Assembly: GCA_019310485.1 (NCBI GenBank)
Contig: JAFDEF010000002.1
Coordinates: 28,124 to 92,123 of the forward strand
Source of the DNA: Deltaproteobacteria bacterium
GTDB taxonomy: Bacteria > Desulfobacterota > DSM-4660 > Desulfatiglandales > HGW-15
DNA: 64,000 nt
Reading direction: 5' to 3'
Both the position numbers and the translations under genes were made by a program. Each line of letters begins with the position of its first letter. Position 1 is the stretch's first letter. Of the stretch, positions 43,844 to 53,588 are shown in pieces. The notes below the pieces were generated by a model. The model made no database searches and had not been told where the DNA came from. It saw only the letters and a program-made list of their open reading frames with translations.

Positions 43844-44875
43844 TCAAGTCTGCAGTGTGTCCAGAAACTCCATAAGAGGAGAAAGCTTCTTATCTCCCAG
43901 GTTCTTAACAAGGCTTTTCAGGGACCCCAGGGCGTGGGGGATGTACGCTTCAAAGTATGCTTTCCCCTGCCTCTTGCTCAGAAAGGCAAAAGCTCCAAGG
44001 ATCTGAAGGTTTCTCTGTATTGCCAGGTATGGATATGAAATTTCAAAGGAATGGACCATTGATGGCTTGTTCTCCTGGAGCAGGCTGATATAAGCCTCGT
44101 ACACCTGCTTCTTCTCAGAACCAGAGAGTTCTGTGTACGGATCAATTATTAAGGAGGCAAGGTCATAAGCAAGAGGTCCCAGGCGGCCTCCCTGCCAGTC
44201 CAGAATCCCTATTTTTTCGCCTGAAAGAATAATGTTCCTGGACTGGAAATCGCGGTGAAGAAAGAAGTCGGCTCCCGCCTTTTCCCCCATGTCTGCCAGG
44301 TAATCGAAAGCGCCTTCAAGTTCAGGCAATCGCTCCTTTAGCCCGAGGTAACTGGCCAGAAAGGCATCGCAGAAATAATCGGACTCGTAGCGCCGCATTA
44401 CAACACGGTCATATCTTTCGGTCTGGCAGGTCCAGGCAGTATCAAAGCCTTTTGCACCTTCTAGCTGAAGTCGAAAAAGAATCTGAACCGCTTTTTCATA
44501 CAGCAAAAGCCTCTGATCGCTGTTAAGCGCTTTTTCCTGGAGGCTTTCCCCACCCATGTCTTCCAGGATAAAGAACCCCCTTTCCACGGAAGCCCTGTAG
44601 ATCTGGGGCACCGGCAACCCTTTGCTGAAAAGATGCTTCCCAATCATCAGGTAGGCGTAGTTTTCACGTACCGAGAGATCATCGTGCGGGGGATTTTCCA
44701 TGGTTACGTAAGTAGTGCTGTCAGTGCGGGGGGAAATGCGCCAAAACCGCCTCTTTGAACCATTTCCGGCAATGGCTCTGCAATCAAATGTTTTATCGGA
44801 CAGGCCTCTTTGCTTTAGAAAAACGGAAATGAATTCCTTCAATTCGGCACTGCACTCCTCACTTGGTTCAACCAT
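43844..44875 (-). CDS. aminoglycoside-phosphotransferase-fold kinase (APH/AmgK-like)
   Basis: 343 aa with the Brenner-type motif FLHRDFQSRNI and a downstream DWQ (metal-binding) motif. Confidence 0.7.
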   Translation of the reverse strand: MVEPSEECSAELKEFISVFLKQRGLSDKTFDCRAIAGNGSKRRFWRISPRTDSTTYVTMENPPHDDLSVRENYAYLMIGKHLFSKGLPVPQIYRASVERGFFILEDMGGESLQEKALNSDQRLLLYEKAVQILFRLQLEGAKGFDTAWTCQTERYDRVVMRRYESDYFCDAFLASYLGLKERLPELEGAFDYLADMGEKAGADFFLHRDFQSRNIILSGEKIGILDWQGGRLGPLAYDLASLIIDPYTELSGSEKKQVYEAYISLLQENKPSMVHSFEISYPYLAIQRNLQILGAFAFLSKRQGKAYFEAYIPHALGSLKSLVKNLGDKKLSPLMEFLDTLQT

Positions 44876-44951
44876 CTCAGCCGTCCTTCAAAGGCGTGAA
44901 AGGCCCGATTCTCGTGCTTATAAAAGGTGACGATTCCTTCTCACCACACTT

Positions 44952-45839
44952 TCATCCGGCAAGAAGAAAAAACCCGTTGTCGACTACTACCCTTCCCTGC
45001 TCCTTGAGACGCTCAAGATGCTTTTTCATCATAGCCTTTTCAGAAAGGGAAAGATCCCAAAACCCAGCTACGACTCTTGGAGGGCCATAGATAATGCCCT
45101 GCTCGGTGATCTCCTCGAGTGACTTTGCCCCTCCTGAAAGGAAATCAATAAGCCTTTCTTCTCTTTCCTCTATTATCCCTAAATATCGGGTAACGTAAGA
45201 AGGATCACCGTCAAATATTCCTTCTCCGTGAGCAGTGAGGTAGGTTTCTACCTCGATTGTAGCGATCCGGTTTAGGGATTCAATGATATCGTTGAGACTC
45301 CCGTTTACATCGCCATAATAAGGTCCTGCCTGTGTTAGATCCAGGTCACCCAGGTACAGAACCTTATCCTCCAGGAAATGGAAAGCACAGTGCCCCGGAG
45401 TATGACCGGGCGTGTGGATGACCCTGCAATGGGTATTTCCGAAGTCAAGCACCTCCCCATCCCTGAGCAAACGATCAGGCTTTCGTGGCTCGTAGAGGCT
45501 CACTTTTTCAATCAGCTCTTTCCACTGGGCCCTTTGAGCTTCAGTTTCGGGGGCATAGCAATCCACTAGGTTCTCAACATCAAGAAAAACCGGGGCATCC
45601 TGCTCGTGGACCCAGAATTGTGCTCGAGGAAAAAGCGCGTTATACATGGTGTGATCCTCATGGCCATGGCTGGCTATTAAGATATCAACCTGTCTTTCGC
45701 TGTCAATTGCAGTGAGAACGTCTTTGTGGCTGGATGCGTCAATAAACGCACGGCGTTCATCATCAACAAAGACAGTATGGCAATGTGGGTACTTACCACC
45801 TCGAATGAACTTTATTGACCCTTTCTCAAATTCAAACAT
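44952..45839 (-). CDS. MBL-fold metallo-hydrolase with a C-terminal wHTH-like extension
   Basis: HGHEDH metal motif, a later HTPGHTPGH, and a C-terminal ~70-aa helical extension. Confidence 0.8.
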   Translation of the reverse strand: MFEFEKGSIKFIRGGKYPHCHTVFVDDERRAFIDASSHKDVLTAIDSERQVDILIASHGHEDHTMYNALFPRAQFWVHEQDAPVFLDVENLVDCYAPETEAQRAQWKELIEKVSLYEPRKPDRLLRDGEVLDFGNTHCRVIHTPGHTPGHCAFHFLEDKVLYLGDLDLTQAGPYYGDVNGSLNDIIESLNRIATIEVETYLTAHGEGIFDGDPSYVTRYLGIIEEREERLIDFLSGGAKSLEEITEQGIIYGPPRVVAGFWDLSLSEKAMMKKHLERLKEQGRVVVDNGFFLLAG

Positions 45840-45860
45840 CCACTTACACCCTCAAGAAAA

Positions 45861-46646
45861 TCAATCCAATCTTCTTGCCGCTTCTGCTCTGGCTAACAGC
45901 GCCGCCCCAAGGGCGCCCATTATTTGTGGCTCTTCAGGAACAAGAATCTCAAGGCTGAGCTCGTCTTCCAGTGCTTTTTTCATGCCCTCGTTCTTAGCCA
46001 CACCCCCTGTAAAGACAACTTCTTTTCTGAAACCAACGGATCTACCCATGAGGGCTACGCGGTGAGCCATAGCCTTATGAATGCCGGCAATAATATTCTC
46101 ACGGCTTTCACCCCGTGCACGCAGTATAACCATTTCTGACTCGGCAAATACGGTACAAGTACTGCTAATCGAACAAGGTTCAGTGCCTTGAAGAGAAATC
46201 CTTCCCATGTTATCGATACCTATACCCAGCACTTTTGACATGACTTCAAGAAACCTTCCAGTCCCCGCAGCGCATTTGTCATTCATAACAAAATTGTCCA
46301 CATTGCCTTTGTCATCGATCCCTATCACCTTACTATCTTGTCCTCCGATATCAATAACAGTCCTTGCCTCTGGTACCATCCAATTCACACCGCAAGCATG
46401 ACAAATAATCTCCGTGATTGCCTTATTGCTCAAGGCAACAGCATTTCTTCCATAGCCTGTGGAGACAACAAAGGAAAGCTCCTGAATTTTACGCCCCGAA
46501 TTTTCAAGAGCCTCTCGGATCACCGATTCCGCAGCCGTAGAAACATCATAACCGGTAGGAATAACAACAGAGCCGGTTACCGATTCATCACTCAGAATAA
46601 CCGCCTTCGCTGTAGCGGCTCCTACATCAATACCGGCAACCATCAT
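45861..46646 (-). CDS. acyl-CoA dehydratase activase (BadF/BadG/BcrA/BcrD ATPase; HgdC-like)
   Basis: 261 aa with GIDVGAATAKAV, DIGGQDSKVI and the cluster-bridging Cys context (NDKCAAGTGRFLE). Confidence 0.85.
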   Translation of the reverse strand: MMVAGIDVGAATAKAVILSDESVTGSVVIPTGYDVSTAAESVIREALENSGRKIQELSFVVSTGYGRNAVALSNKAITEIICHACGVNWMVPEARTVIDIGGQDSKVIGIDDKGNVDNFVMNDKCAAGTGRFLEVMSKVLGIGIDNMGRISLQGTEPCSISSTCTVFAESEMVILRARGESRENIIAGIHKAMAHRVALMGRSVGFRKEVVFTGGVAKNEGMKKALEDELSLEILVPEEPQIMGALGAALLARAEAARRLD

Positions 46647-46754
46647 AAAAGTCTTGACCAGCCTTCACACACATTTCATATCTGTTGATCTATTGGGGTT
46701 CGAAATCTGATGGCTATTGAGATTTACGCCTGCCTATAACCTGAGAACTGGATT

Positions 46755-48152
46755 TCATGCTTTTGCCTTTCTAGCCCTGAGCATTTCTGCAAACGTTTCC
46801 ACCTTTGTCCTCAATGCTTCCGCCCCATAAGTTCTGCTCTCATAGTAATCCATCTCCAGTGAGAGGGTGGGTATTCCTGTTTCCTCCTCTATGAATTGCT
46901 TGAAAAGATGGGAACCAAGTGCCATCGGCCTGCAATTGTACTGATAGCCCCATATAACACCATCCATACTAAGGCTTCGAGCGGCCTCCGCAAATCTTTT
47001 TGCAAATCCGTAAGTGCTATGATAAGCACCTCCTCTCATGGCGCTCTCAGCCAGCTCTTCGCCAAGGCTGTAAAGTTTCAATGACTTGTCACGCTTGCCA
47101 GGTGGGACGGTTACAAAAGACGCAGCTAAAGCAAGGCCTGCCTTTTCTATCATATGTGTTATCCCTGGGTCAGAGAATGAGTGTGCGAAATTCAGAACCC
47201 GGGGAGCCCCCTTTTCCAGAATACCATAGCCGCTCTTAACGCGCCCTTCTACTTCCTTGCACAAAGTGCTCAGTGCATCAGGCCCCTCGCTCATGGAACG
47301 TCCTGTGGAAGCTGCTGCCAAGTTCATTGCAATCCCCGACACCACGCCGCTGATGGGCATCGGATCAGCCGTCATTAAAGAGGTAAGTTGTCCCAGGGCG
47401 CTATAAAGCACTCGGCTCGTAGCCATCGCCTTCTTCATGGAGCGTCGGGTGACTTCAATGCCGAGGATTTTCTCAACATTTGCGAAGAGCTTATCCAGTT
47501 GTCCGCCAAGAAACCTTATTCTTTCAAGATCGTAGCGGGGAAATTCTCCCCACCTCGAATCCATTGACCCGTCTATGTAAACTGCGGGATGACCATATAT
47601 TTCGTGAAGCAATTCATCCGCCTTTGAACCCATGTCACAATAATAACTTGATGCTATCACCAGATCGGGAACAGGGACAACCCCCAGGGCCAGCCCACCA
47701 TTTCTTATTTGCTGAAGAGAGCATAGTCCGTGGCCTGGTGGTAATCCATTTGTTTCGGCAGCCTCTAAAAAAGGAGCCAATTTATCAAAAATCAGACCTA
47801 CCGTATGGCACAGAACAACATCGGGGCACCCGACATAGACATTTTCTCCAGATTCGGAGCTTATTGCCATCCCCGGCCCCTGGATGCTTGGGTAGCCGTA
47901 GTATATGACCGTTTTGCCCTCTTCTTTCGCCAGAACAAGGTCCAGCAGCTCAAGAATCCAGGCCCTCAAGATCTTTCTCACCCCCTCCAGTTCAACCTCA
48001 TGTTGCTCCCGGAGCCTTTGCTCGACACGGGGTATGTCTTCAGGGCCTACCCCTATCTTATCAAGCGCCCTTTCAATTCTTGATCTTTCCCTTTCTATCT
48101 CAGTGTCCTGAAATCCACAGATCCCAAATATTCTGTCATAATATTCCGGCAT
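46755..48152 (-). CDS. 2-hydroxyacyl-CoA dehydratase / benzoyl-CoA reductase B/C-family subunit
   Basis: 465 aa, HgdA/B-BcrB/C-family size and context, with conserved Cys positions. Adjacent to a partner subunit and the activase. Confidence 0.7.
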   Translation of the reverse strand: MPEYYDRIFGICGFQDTEIERERSRIERALDKIGVGPEDIPRVEQRLREQHEVELEGVRKILRAWILELLDLVLAKEEGKTVIYYGYPSIQGPGMAISSESGENVYVGCPDVVLCHTVGLIFDKLAPFLEAAETNGLPPGHGLCSLQQIRNGGLALGVVPVPDLVIASSYYCDMGSKADELLHEIYGHPAVYIDGSMDSRWGEFPRYDLERIRFLGGQLDKLFANVEKILGIEVTRRSMKKAMATSRVLYSALGQLTSLMTADPMPISGVVSGIAMNLAAASTGRSMSEGPDALSTLCKEVEGRVKSGYGILEKGAPRVLNFAHSFSDPGITHMIEKAGLALAASFVTVPPGKRDKSLKLYSLGEELAESAMRGGAYHSTYGFAKRFAEAARSLSMDGVIWGYQYNCRPMALGSHLFKQFIEEETGIPTLSLEMDYYESRTYGAEALRTKVETFAEMLRARKAKA

Positions 48153-48154
48153 CT

Positions 48155-49297
48155 TTATTTCCCCAGATTGTAAATGAATGTCTCGATACGTGTCTGCATG
48201 GGCCCAGCTTCTGAAGGATCGTAATCGGATTCCAGCACGAGCATGGGAACAGAGGCTTCTTCTTTCAAACGCTTCGGGAAATAATAGGACTCTGTCTTAT
48301 AGGACTCACGAAACATAAGTTGATACCAGATTACGCCATCTACTTTAAAACGTTTCACCAGTTCGATTAGAAAATCGAGCCTCTCCCGACCTGGTCTGAA
48401 CCAGGCTGGGGGAACTCTCTTCATGAAATAAGCTTCAGCCAGGAGCGCAAGAAGATCTGAACCCGTCGACACATTTTCCCAGTAAGGCCTGATCCCTTCC
48501 GCAAATTCCTCTATAACTATATTCCCTCCAGCCTCTTCAATAAGATTGACAACAGTGGAATCTCCCATCGCCAGTGTTGATCCGGTCAGAAGAATCCGGG
48601 GACGTTTTTGTATTCTTAAGGGGTCTTCTTCTATTTTAGTAACGACTGATTCGAGGAGGCCAATCATAAATGCCTTATCAGCAACAAAGGATCCATGGTT
48701 GAGGGCAACAAAGTCTTTTCCGCTTAGAGGCGGCGGGTCTGAGGTACGCAGCATGCTTATTTTTTTTATTAACTCCCTTTCCTTGTTACAGAGAAGGATA
48801 GCCTCCCTAAGCTTGGAGTAGCTGATTCTAGTTCCGGTTATTTCCTCCGCTTTCTCTTTGAACTTGTTTACACCATGAAGGTAATACCTGAAAGCAGATT
48901 CTTCTTTCATGTGCGGTACACCAAATGGGAAGATCTCAATATCCGTATTGTAGTCCAGTACGTCCGATATTGCCCGCGTATGATTATCCGTGATTGGAAT
49001 AGCCAGCAGATCCAGGAGCTTGTAATAGGGATCCAGGCCGGATATCCCGTACCCTATTTGAGCCCTGCAGAAGCTATCGAACCAGCGGCAAATATAGGAA
49101 CTTGAAAGCTCGACTGCAGAGTGATCGCCACCGCGCACAAGGCCAATAGGAATAGCTCCGGCAGCAATAACGATTTCTTCCGGTAGATACCCGCCAGGGA
49201 TATAGCCAACAACCTTTCTACCCTCCCTTCTGGCCTGAATTATTTCATGCTCCCTAGTTGCAAGGTGCGAAAGTAATTTTTCGGTCAATTCCTTCAC
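48155..49297 (-). CDS. 2-hydroxyacyl-CoA dehydratase family subunit (partner)
   Basis: Family-typical ...GRKVVGYIPGGYLPEEIV..., CRWFDSFC. I chose the GTG at 49297 (AAAGGAA upstream), just after the thiolase stop. The track start at 49399 would overlap the thiolase by 65 nt. Confidence 0.7.
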   Translation of the reverse strand: MKELTEKLLSHLATREHEIIQARREGRKVVGYIPGGYLPEEIVIAAGAIPIGLVRGGDHSAVELSSSYICRWFDSFCRAQIGYGISGLDPYYKLLDLLAIPITDNHTRAISDVLDYNTDIEIFPFGVPHMKEESAFRYYLHGVNKFKEKAEEITGTRISYSKLREAILLCNKERELIKKISMLRTSDPPPLSGKDFVALNHGSFVADKAFMIGLLESVVTKIEEDPLRIQKRPRILLTGSTLAMGDSTVVNLIEEAGGNIVIEEFAEGIRPYWENVSTGSDLLALLAEAYFMKRVPPAWFRPGRERLDFLIELVKRFKVDGVIWYQLMFRESYKTESYYFPKRLKEEASVPMLVLESDYDPSEAGPMQTRIETFIYNLGK

Positions 49298-49334
49298 AAT
49301 AACCGGCGTTCCTTTTGCTGCCTGATGCCGCGAC

Positions 49335-50534
49335 TTACGGGCCAACAATGTTAACGGAGACCGTGCACCCCCCTGGCGTCCCTCCCAGGTTGTGAGCAAG
49401 CCCCAGTTCCGGGTTCTTTACCTGCCTCTGGCCAGCTTTCCCCTGAATCTGCTTGTAAAGTTCATAAACCATCCTCAAACCCGATGCCCCTATTGGATGG
49501 CCGAAACACTTTAACCCACCGTCCATATTTACGGGCAGTTCGCCGTTCAGTTCAAAGGTCCCAGCCTCGATGTCCTCCTTACAACGCCCCCTTGGAGAAA
49601 ACTGAAGATCTTCGTAGATTACGGCCTCTGTTATGGAAAAGCAGTCATGAACTTCAGCCATGCTTATTTCCTTTCTCGGGTTCTTGATCCCAGCTTCATC
49701 ATATGCGGCCTGACCAGCCCTGAAAGTTTCCTGAACCATGGTCCAGTCATTCTTGGGATTCATATATCCATCGGAAGGCCCCACCGCAATTTGTGATGCT
49801 TTGATAAACACAGGATCAGACCTAAAACTCCTTGCCATCTCCTTTCTTACCAGAATGGCTGCAGCTGCTCCGTCACTTACACCGCAGCAATCCAGCAATC
49901 CCAGAGGCCACGCAATTACCGGGGCTTTGAGAACCTGCTCGACTGTGATCTCCCTCCTGAAGTGGGCTTTTGGAGACATCGTGCCATTGTGGTGATTTTT
50001 TACCATAATTTTGGCAAGCATGGTTCTTCCTTCCTCAGGATCAAGGCTGTATTTGTTAAAGTAACTTGTAGCCATCATGGCAAAATGGCCCGGAGCAGTG
50101 AAGTTGCGGCTTCTGAAAGTGTTGGGCGCTGTGGAAACAAGGCCCATTGCAATATCATCGGTTGGCAATCCACTGTAGCCCGAGTCTTTAAGCTTCTCAA
50201 ATCCAATGGCAAGCGCGATGTCATAAACTCCAGAAGCAACTCCATACGCTGCATTGCGCAGTGCATCAGAAGCAGTGGCACACATGTTCTCCAGGCGTGT
50301 AACCGGCCTGTAGTCAAGTTTCAGAAGCGTCGCCAGAGGCTGGCTAGGTGCAGGCAGATTGGACCAGTATGAACCGACCCACACAGCCTGGATATCCACC
50401 GGCTCAATTCCGGCATCTTCATACGCCTCGTACACGGCCTCAATAATCATATCGTCTGAGCTCTTATCCCAGTTCTCTCCAAACTTCGTGCATCCCATAC
50501 CGACTATGGCAACCCTGTCTTTAATACTCTCCAT
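49335..50534 (-). CDS. thiolase-superfamily protein (SCP-x / nonspecific lipid-transfer-type thiolase)
   Basis: 399 aa with RVAIVGMGCTKFG, a nucleophile context ENMCATAS and a C-terminal GHPIGASG. Confidence 0.85.
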   Translation of the reverse strand: MESIKDRVAIVGMGCTKFGENWDKSSDDMIIEAVYEAYEDAGIEPVDIQAVWVGSYWSNLPAPSQPLATLLKLDYRPVTRLENMCATASDALRNAAYGVASGVYDIALAIGFEKLKDSGYSGLPTDDIAMGLVSTAPNTFRSRNFTAPGHFAMMATSYFNKYSLDPEEGRTMLAKIMVKNHHNGTMSPKAHFRREITVEQVLKAPVIAWPLGLLDCCGVSDGAAAAILVRKEMARSFRSDPVFIKASQIAVGPSDGYMNPKNDWTMVQETFRAGQAAYDEAGIKNPRKEISMAEVHDCFSITEAVIYEDLQFSPRGRCKEDIEAGTFELNGELPVNMDGGLKCFGHPIGASGLRMVYELYKQIQGKAGQRQVKNPELGLAHNLGGTPGGCTVSVNIVGP

Positions 50535-50574
50535 CGCGTTCTAACCTCCTTTTTGGATCATTCCTTCCACTCGC

Positions 50575-51990
50575 TCACCTGATGGGGCGAGATTTCCACC
50601 AGTACACCTGGATACCATGCGTTTGTCGAAATTTCCGAAAAGTCATCTCAAGAGGCATACCCACCTTAATCTCGGAAGGGTCCCGATCCGTAACATCCAT
50701 CATTATCCTTCCTCCTTCCTCAAAATCCACTGCTGCAAGAGTGGTAGGAGGATCAGGTGAAACGGCAAGGTTATCGTGTGAAAATGTGGCAATCTTGCCC
50801 TGCTTTTCTGCAAAAGGGTAATACTCGAAATTGTCTTTTGATCTGCACTCCATGCATATTCTTTGAACTGGGTAATGGATCGCCCCGCATGCTCTACATT
50901 TTGACCCGTAAAGTGCCAGGCCGCATTTTCTGTCCCTGTATAGGGCGACAGCGGAAGCAGGCTCAGTTCTCGGCCTCATGGGTGGTTCCGTGTCGATTAT
51001 CTCCCTCCACCTCAGATACTTTTGGTAGGAGGTCTGTCTCTTAGAGCTCAGGAATCTGTTTACACTTTGCTTTGCTTTCACCTTTTCAATTTCTTTCGTG
51101 ACCGTTAATGAAAATATATCACACCCATCTCCGTAACTTACAAAAAGCAGTTTATCCCCGGGATTTGCCTCATCGAGTGCGGCTGCTAACAGAATCATTG
51201 CGTGAGCAGAACCGCAGTTACCCACCATCTGCCATATTGGGTCAGTGGCCTGCGACTTGGGGTCAAATCCAAGTTTCTTTACAGCCCCACCGAGATAAGT
51301 TGGGTTGGGCGCAAAGAATATTGCTTTTGCAAAATCTGCCGGCGACATTCCGAATTTCTCCAGAGCAGCTCTCACCGCACTCGACATTACGCCCACATAC
51401 CCGGTCTCGCGCAGAAAGCGATCCTCCCACGAACTGACAAATCTCTCCTCCGCTGGTCTATAGACACTGTAGATTTCCGTATTTGAGCTATATACGTTGT
51501 CTATTGTTGCTATAAGATCGGACTTTCCTACCAGCAAAGCTGCAGCGCCGTCACCAAACTCCAGCTCTTTCCCCCCATTTGGCATCCCCAACCTCGAATC
51601 AGAAGAGCACACAAGCACATTGCCCAGGCTTCCCGCTTTTACTGCATCCATGGCAGCTCGCATAGCATTGCTTCCGGACCGAAGAGTGCCTGAAAAATCG
51701 ATCGTTAGAGCATCCTGACTGAGGTCAAGTGCGCCAGCAGCCAGAGCAGAACACTGTTTCTCTAAATAGGGAAAAGTCGTGGAAGCAAAATAGAGGCCGC
51801 CGATCCCTGCCCTATCAAATCCCGTCAGACAATCCCTGCAGGCTTCCACGCCCATGGTAACGGCATCCTCGTCAAAGTTAGCAACCGCTTTTTCGCCGGG
51901 AAGCTGGAAACTTTCCCAAAATTTCCCTATTTCTGCTCTGCTTACCCTGTAATAAGGGATATAAACTCCATAAGACTTGATTCCAACCAT
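50575..51990 (-). CDS. HMG-CoA-synthase-like condensing enzyme fused to a C-terminal DUF35 (Zn-ribbon + OB-fold) domain
   Basis: The N-terminal ~350 aa are HMGS-like (GIKSYGVYIPYYRV...DEDAVTMG...EKQCSA). The C-terminal ~120 aa have CRACGAIHYP..CMEC plus an OB-fold (..GRIMMDVTD...VGMPLEMTFRKF). Confidence 0.75.
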   Translation of the reverse strand: MVGIKSYGVYIPYYRVSRAEIGKFWESFQLPGEKAVANFDEDAVTMGVEACRDCLTGFDRAGIGGLYFASTTFPYLEKQCSALAAGALDLSQDALTIDFSGTLRSGSNAMRAAMDAVKAGSLGNVLVCSSDSRLGMPNGGKELEFGDGAAALLVGKSDLIATIDNVYSSNTEIYSVYRPAEERFVSSWEDRFLRETGYVGVMSSAVRAALEKFGMSPADFAKAIFFAPNPTYLGGAVKKLGFDPKSQATDPIWQMVGNCGSAHAMILLAAALDEANPGDKLLFVSYGDGCDIFSLTVTKEIEKVKAKQSVNRFLSSKRQTSYQKYLRWREIIDTEPPMRPRTEPASAVALYRDRKCGLALYGSKCRACGAIHYPVQRICMECRSKDNFEYYPFAEKQGKIATFSHDNLAVSPDPPTTLAAVDFEEGGRIMMDVTDRDPSEIKVGMPLEMTFRKFRQTHGIQVYWWKSRPIR

Positions 51991-52029
51991 AGCTACCTCC
52001 AAAAGGTCCTCATGTTTTTTTCGCTTGTG

Positions 52030-53166
52030 TTATCCTTGTTCCATAATACTTCTTATAAACGGTTCAAAATTTGCACTGTTTTTCGTGGCGAATTTCATAT
52101 TCGACGTGGCGACAACATCTCCGGACCTTTCCATTAACTCTAGATGGCTTAGCACCTCGTTAATGGCAAGGTTCATCCCGTAGCCCTCAAGCAATCTCTG
52201 TTCAAAGCATTGTTGAGCAATCTCCTCGGCGGTTCTAGGCCCATCCTTTAGGGCACGTTTAATGCTTTCGCATCGTTCAATGTGGTGTTCAAACAGGTCC
52301 TGGACCCTTGATTCTAGCTCAACAAACTGCCATCTGTCTTCAAAAAAAAGACGATGCCCAGGAAGCAAAAGAAGCCCAGGAAACTTTCTTCCCAATTTCT
52401 TTATCTCTTTGATCGAGCGAAGGTAAGCCTGCAGGCCATATATTTGCTGTGCTTTTGCATATTTCTCGGGAAGAATTGTTTTGGTAAGATCATAAAATCT
52501 TTCCTGTGTCGGATGTGGAGTTATGTCGGGCAAGATTGTATCCCCGGGCAATAGAGCCTCGTTGTCCACAACAACCGTTAACGCATCAGGGGAATGACCT
52601 GGTGTATGAAAAAGCTTTATCGCTTCAGACAATTCATATTCCGGCCCTTCAATGCCATTGATTGCCAGACCCATCCTTTCTCTATGGTAATCGCGGCAGT
52701 TCTCCCGAACAAAAGACTCCGGCATTGGGCATCTCCAGCAAGAGGCGGGGAAGTTTTGCTTCTCAGGGGAGGGCGCTTTGCCGGGGTACGGCTTAATGAG
52801 GTATTGATAGATTTCATGGGCACTGATTTTGGCGCCTGTTCTGTCAGCTACATAAGAAAGCCCGCCGTCATGGTCTTCATGACCGTGGCTCAGTATCACG
52901 CAATCGAGCTCTGGGGCTGAAAAACCGGCCAGGCTAATCATTTCCATAAGGCTGGGCCCGCTTCCCCTTCTGCCGGTATCAAGAAGGAAAAGCCTATCTC
53001 CAGTGATAAGGTAGTTCCAGGTGGGACCTAAGTTCCAGTTTCCTCCATAGATATTTTTTGTTGCAAAAGCAAAGATTTTCCTCCCGGATGAAAGCTTTAT
53101 CTTCACTATCATGCCATTGCCGGAGGAATCCCCCATTTCAACAACATCTACTGTCTTACCTGCCAT
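52030..53166 (-). CDS. MBL-fold metallo-hydrolase with a C-terminal helical extension
   Basis: 378 aa with the SHGHEDHDGG motif and a later HTPGHSPD. Confidence 0.8.
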   Translation of the reverse strand: MAGKTVDVVEMGDSSGNGMIVKIKLSSGRKIFAFATKNIYGGNWNLGPTWNYLITGDRLFLLDTGRRGSGPSLMEMISLAGFSAPELDCVILSHGHEDHDGGLSYVADRTGAKISAHEIYQYLIKPYPGKAPSPEKQNFPASCWRCPMPESFVRENCRDYHRERMGLAINGIEGPEYELSEAIKLFHTPGHSPDALTVVVDNEALLPGDTILPDITPHPTQERFYDLTKTILPEKYAKAQQIYGLQAYLRSIKEIKKLGRKFPGLLLLPGHRLFFEDRWQFVELESRVQDLFEHHIERCESIKRALKDGPRTAEEIAQQCFEQRLLEGYGMNLAINEVLSHLELMERSGDVVATSNMKFATKNSANFEPFIRSIMEQG

Positions 53167-53198
53167 TACCTAGGACCCCGAGTGTGCAGGGAGCATTT

Positions 53199-53552
53199 TC
53201 ACCAGAACTGCACATCGTTGATACTTTCTTCCCTCATCAAGAACCCTTTGATCTTTCTTCTTTCATCTTCATCCGCAATCGGATCAACCAAAGAGATGGC
53301 GTTCCCTTGAGCATCGCTCCTGTACTTCCACTTTTTCACATATCCTGGAACAAGAGCATATCTACACCCCCAGACCCCGCAGCAGGAAGAGTCGACAACC
53401 GCATTGCCTACGACATAAAGGATGTCAAGCCCTTCCATGTCGATTCTCTCCTCACGCTCAAGCATGTACCTTCCGGATATAGACCTGATCTCCTTGCCTA
53501 GCTCGTGCGTATAATCTTTAGCCATCTTTGTTTTCGCCTCATTTTCCTGCAA
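53199..53552 (-). CDS. hypothetical protein
   Basis: 117-aa ORF (start could be the internal ATG at 53525). It contains a DSSCCGVWGCRY motif. It lies within the operon with short gaps on both sides. No family recognised. Confidence 0.4.
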   Translation of the reverse strand: MQENEAKTKMAKDYTHELGKEIRSISGRYMLEREERIDMEGLDILYVVGNAVVDSSCCGVWGCRYALVPGYVKKWKYRSDAQGNAISLVDPIADEDERRKIKGFLMREESINDVQFW

Positions 53553-53588
53553 ACATTTTCCGATGCGGCTTTGTTCGACTCTACTGGC

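Noticed and set aside
48155-49399. Start of the dehydratase subunit at 49399.
   Set aside because: It would overlap the upstream thiolase by 65 nt. A GTG at 49297 lies just after the thiolase stop with an AAAGGAA RBS. The exact start remains uncertain.
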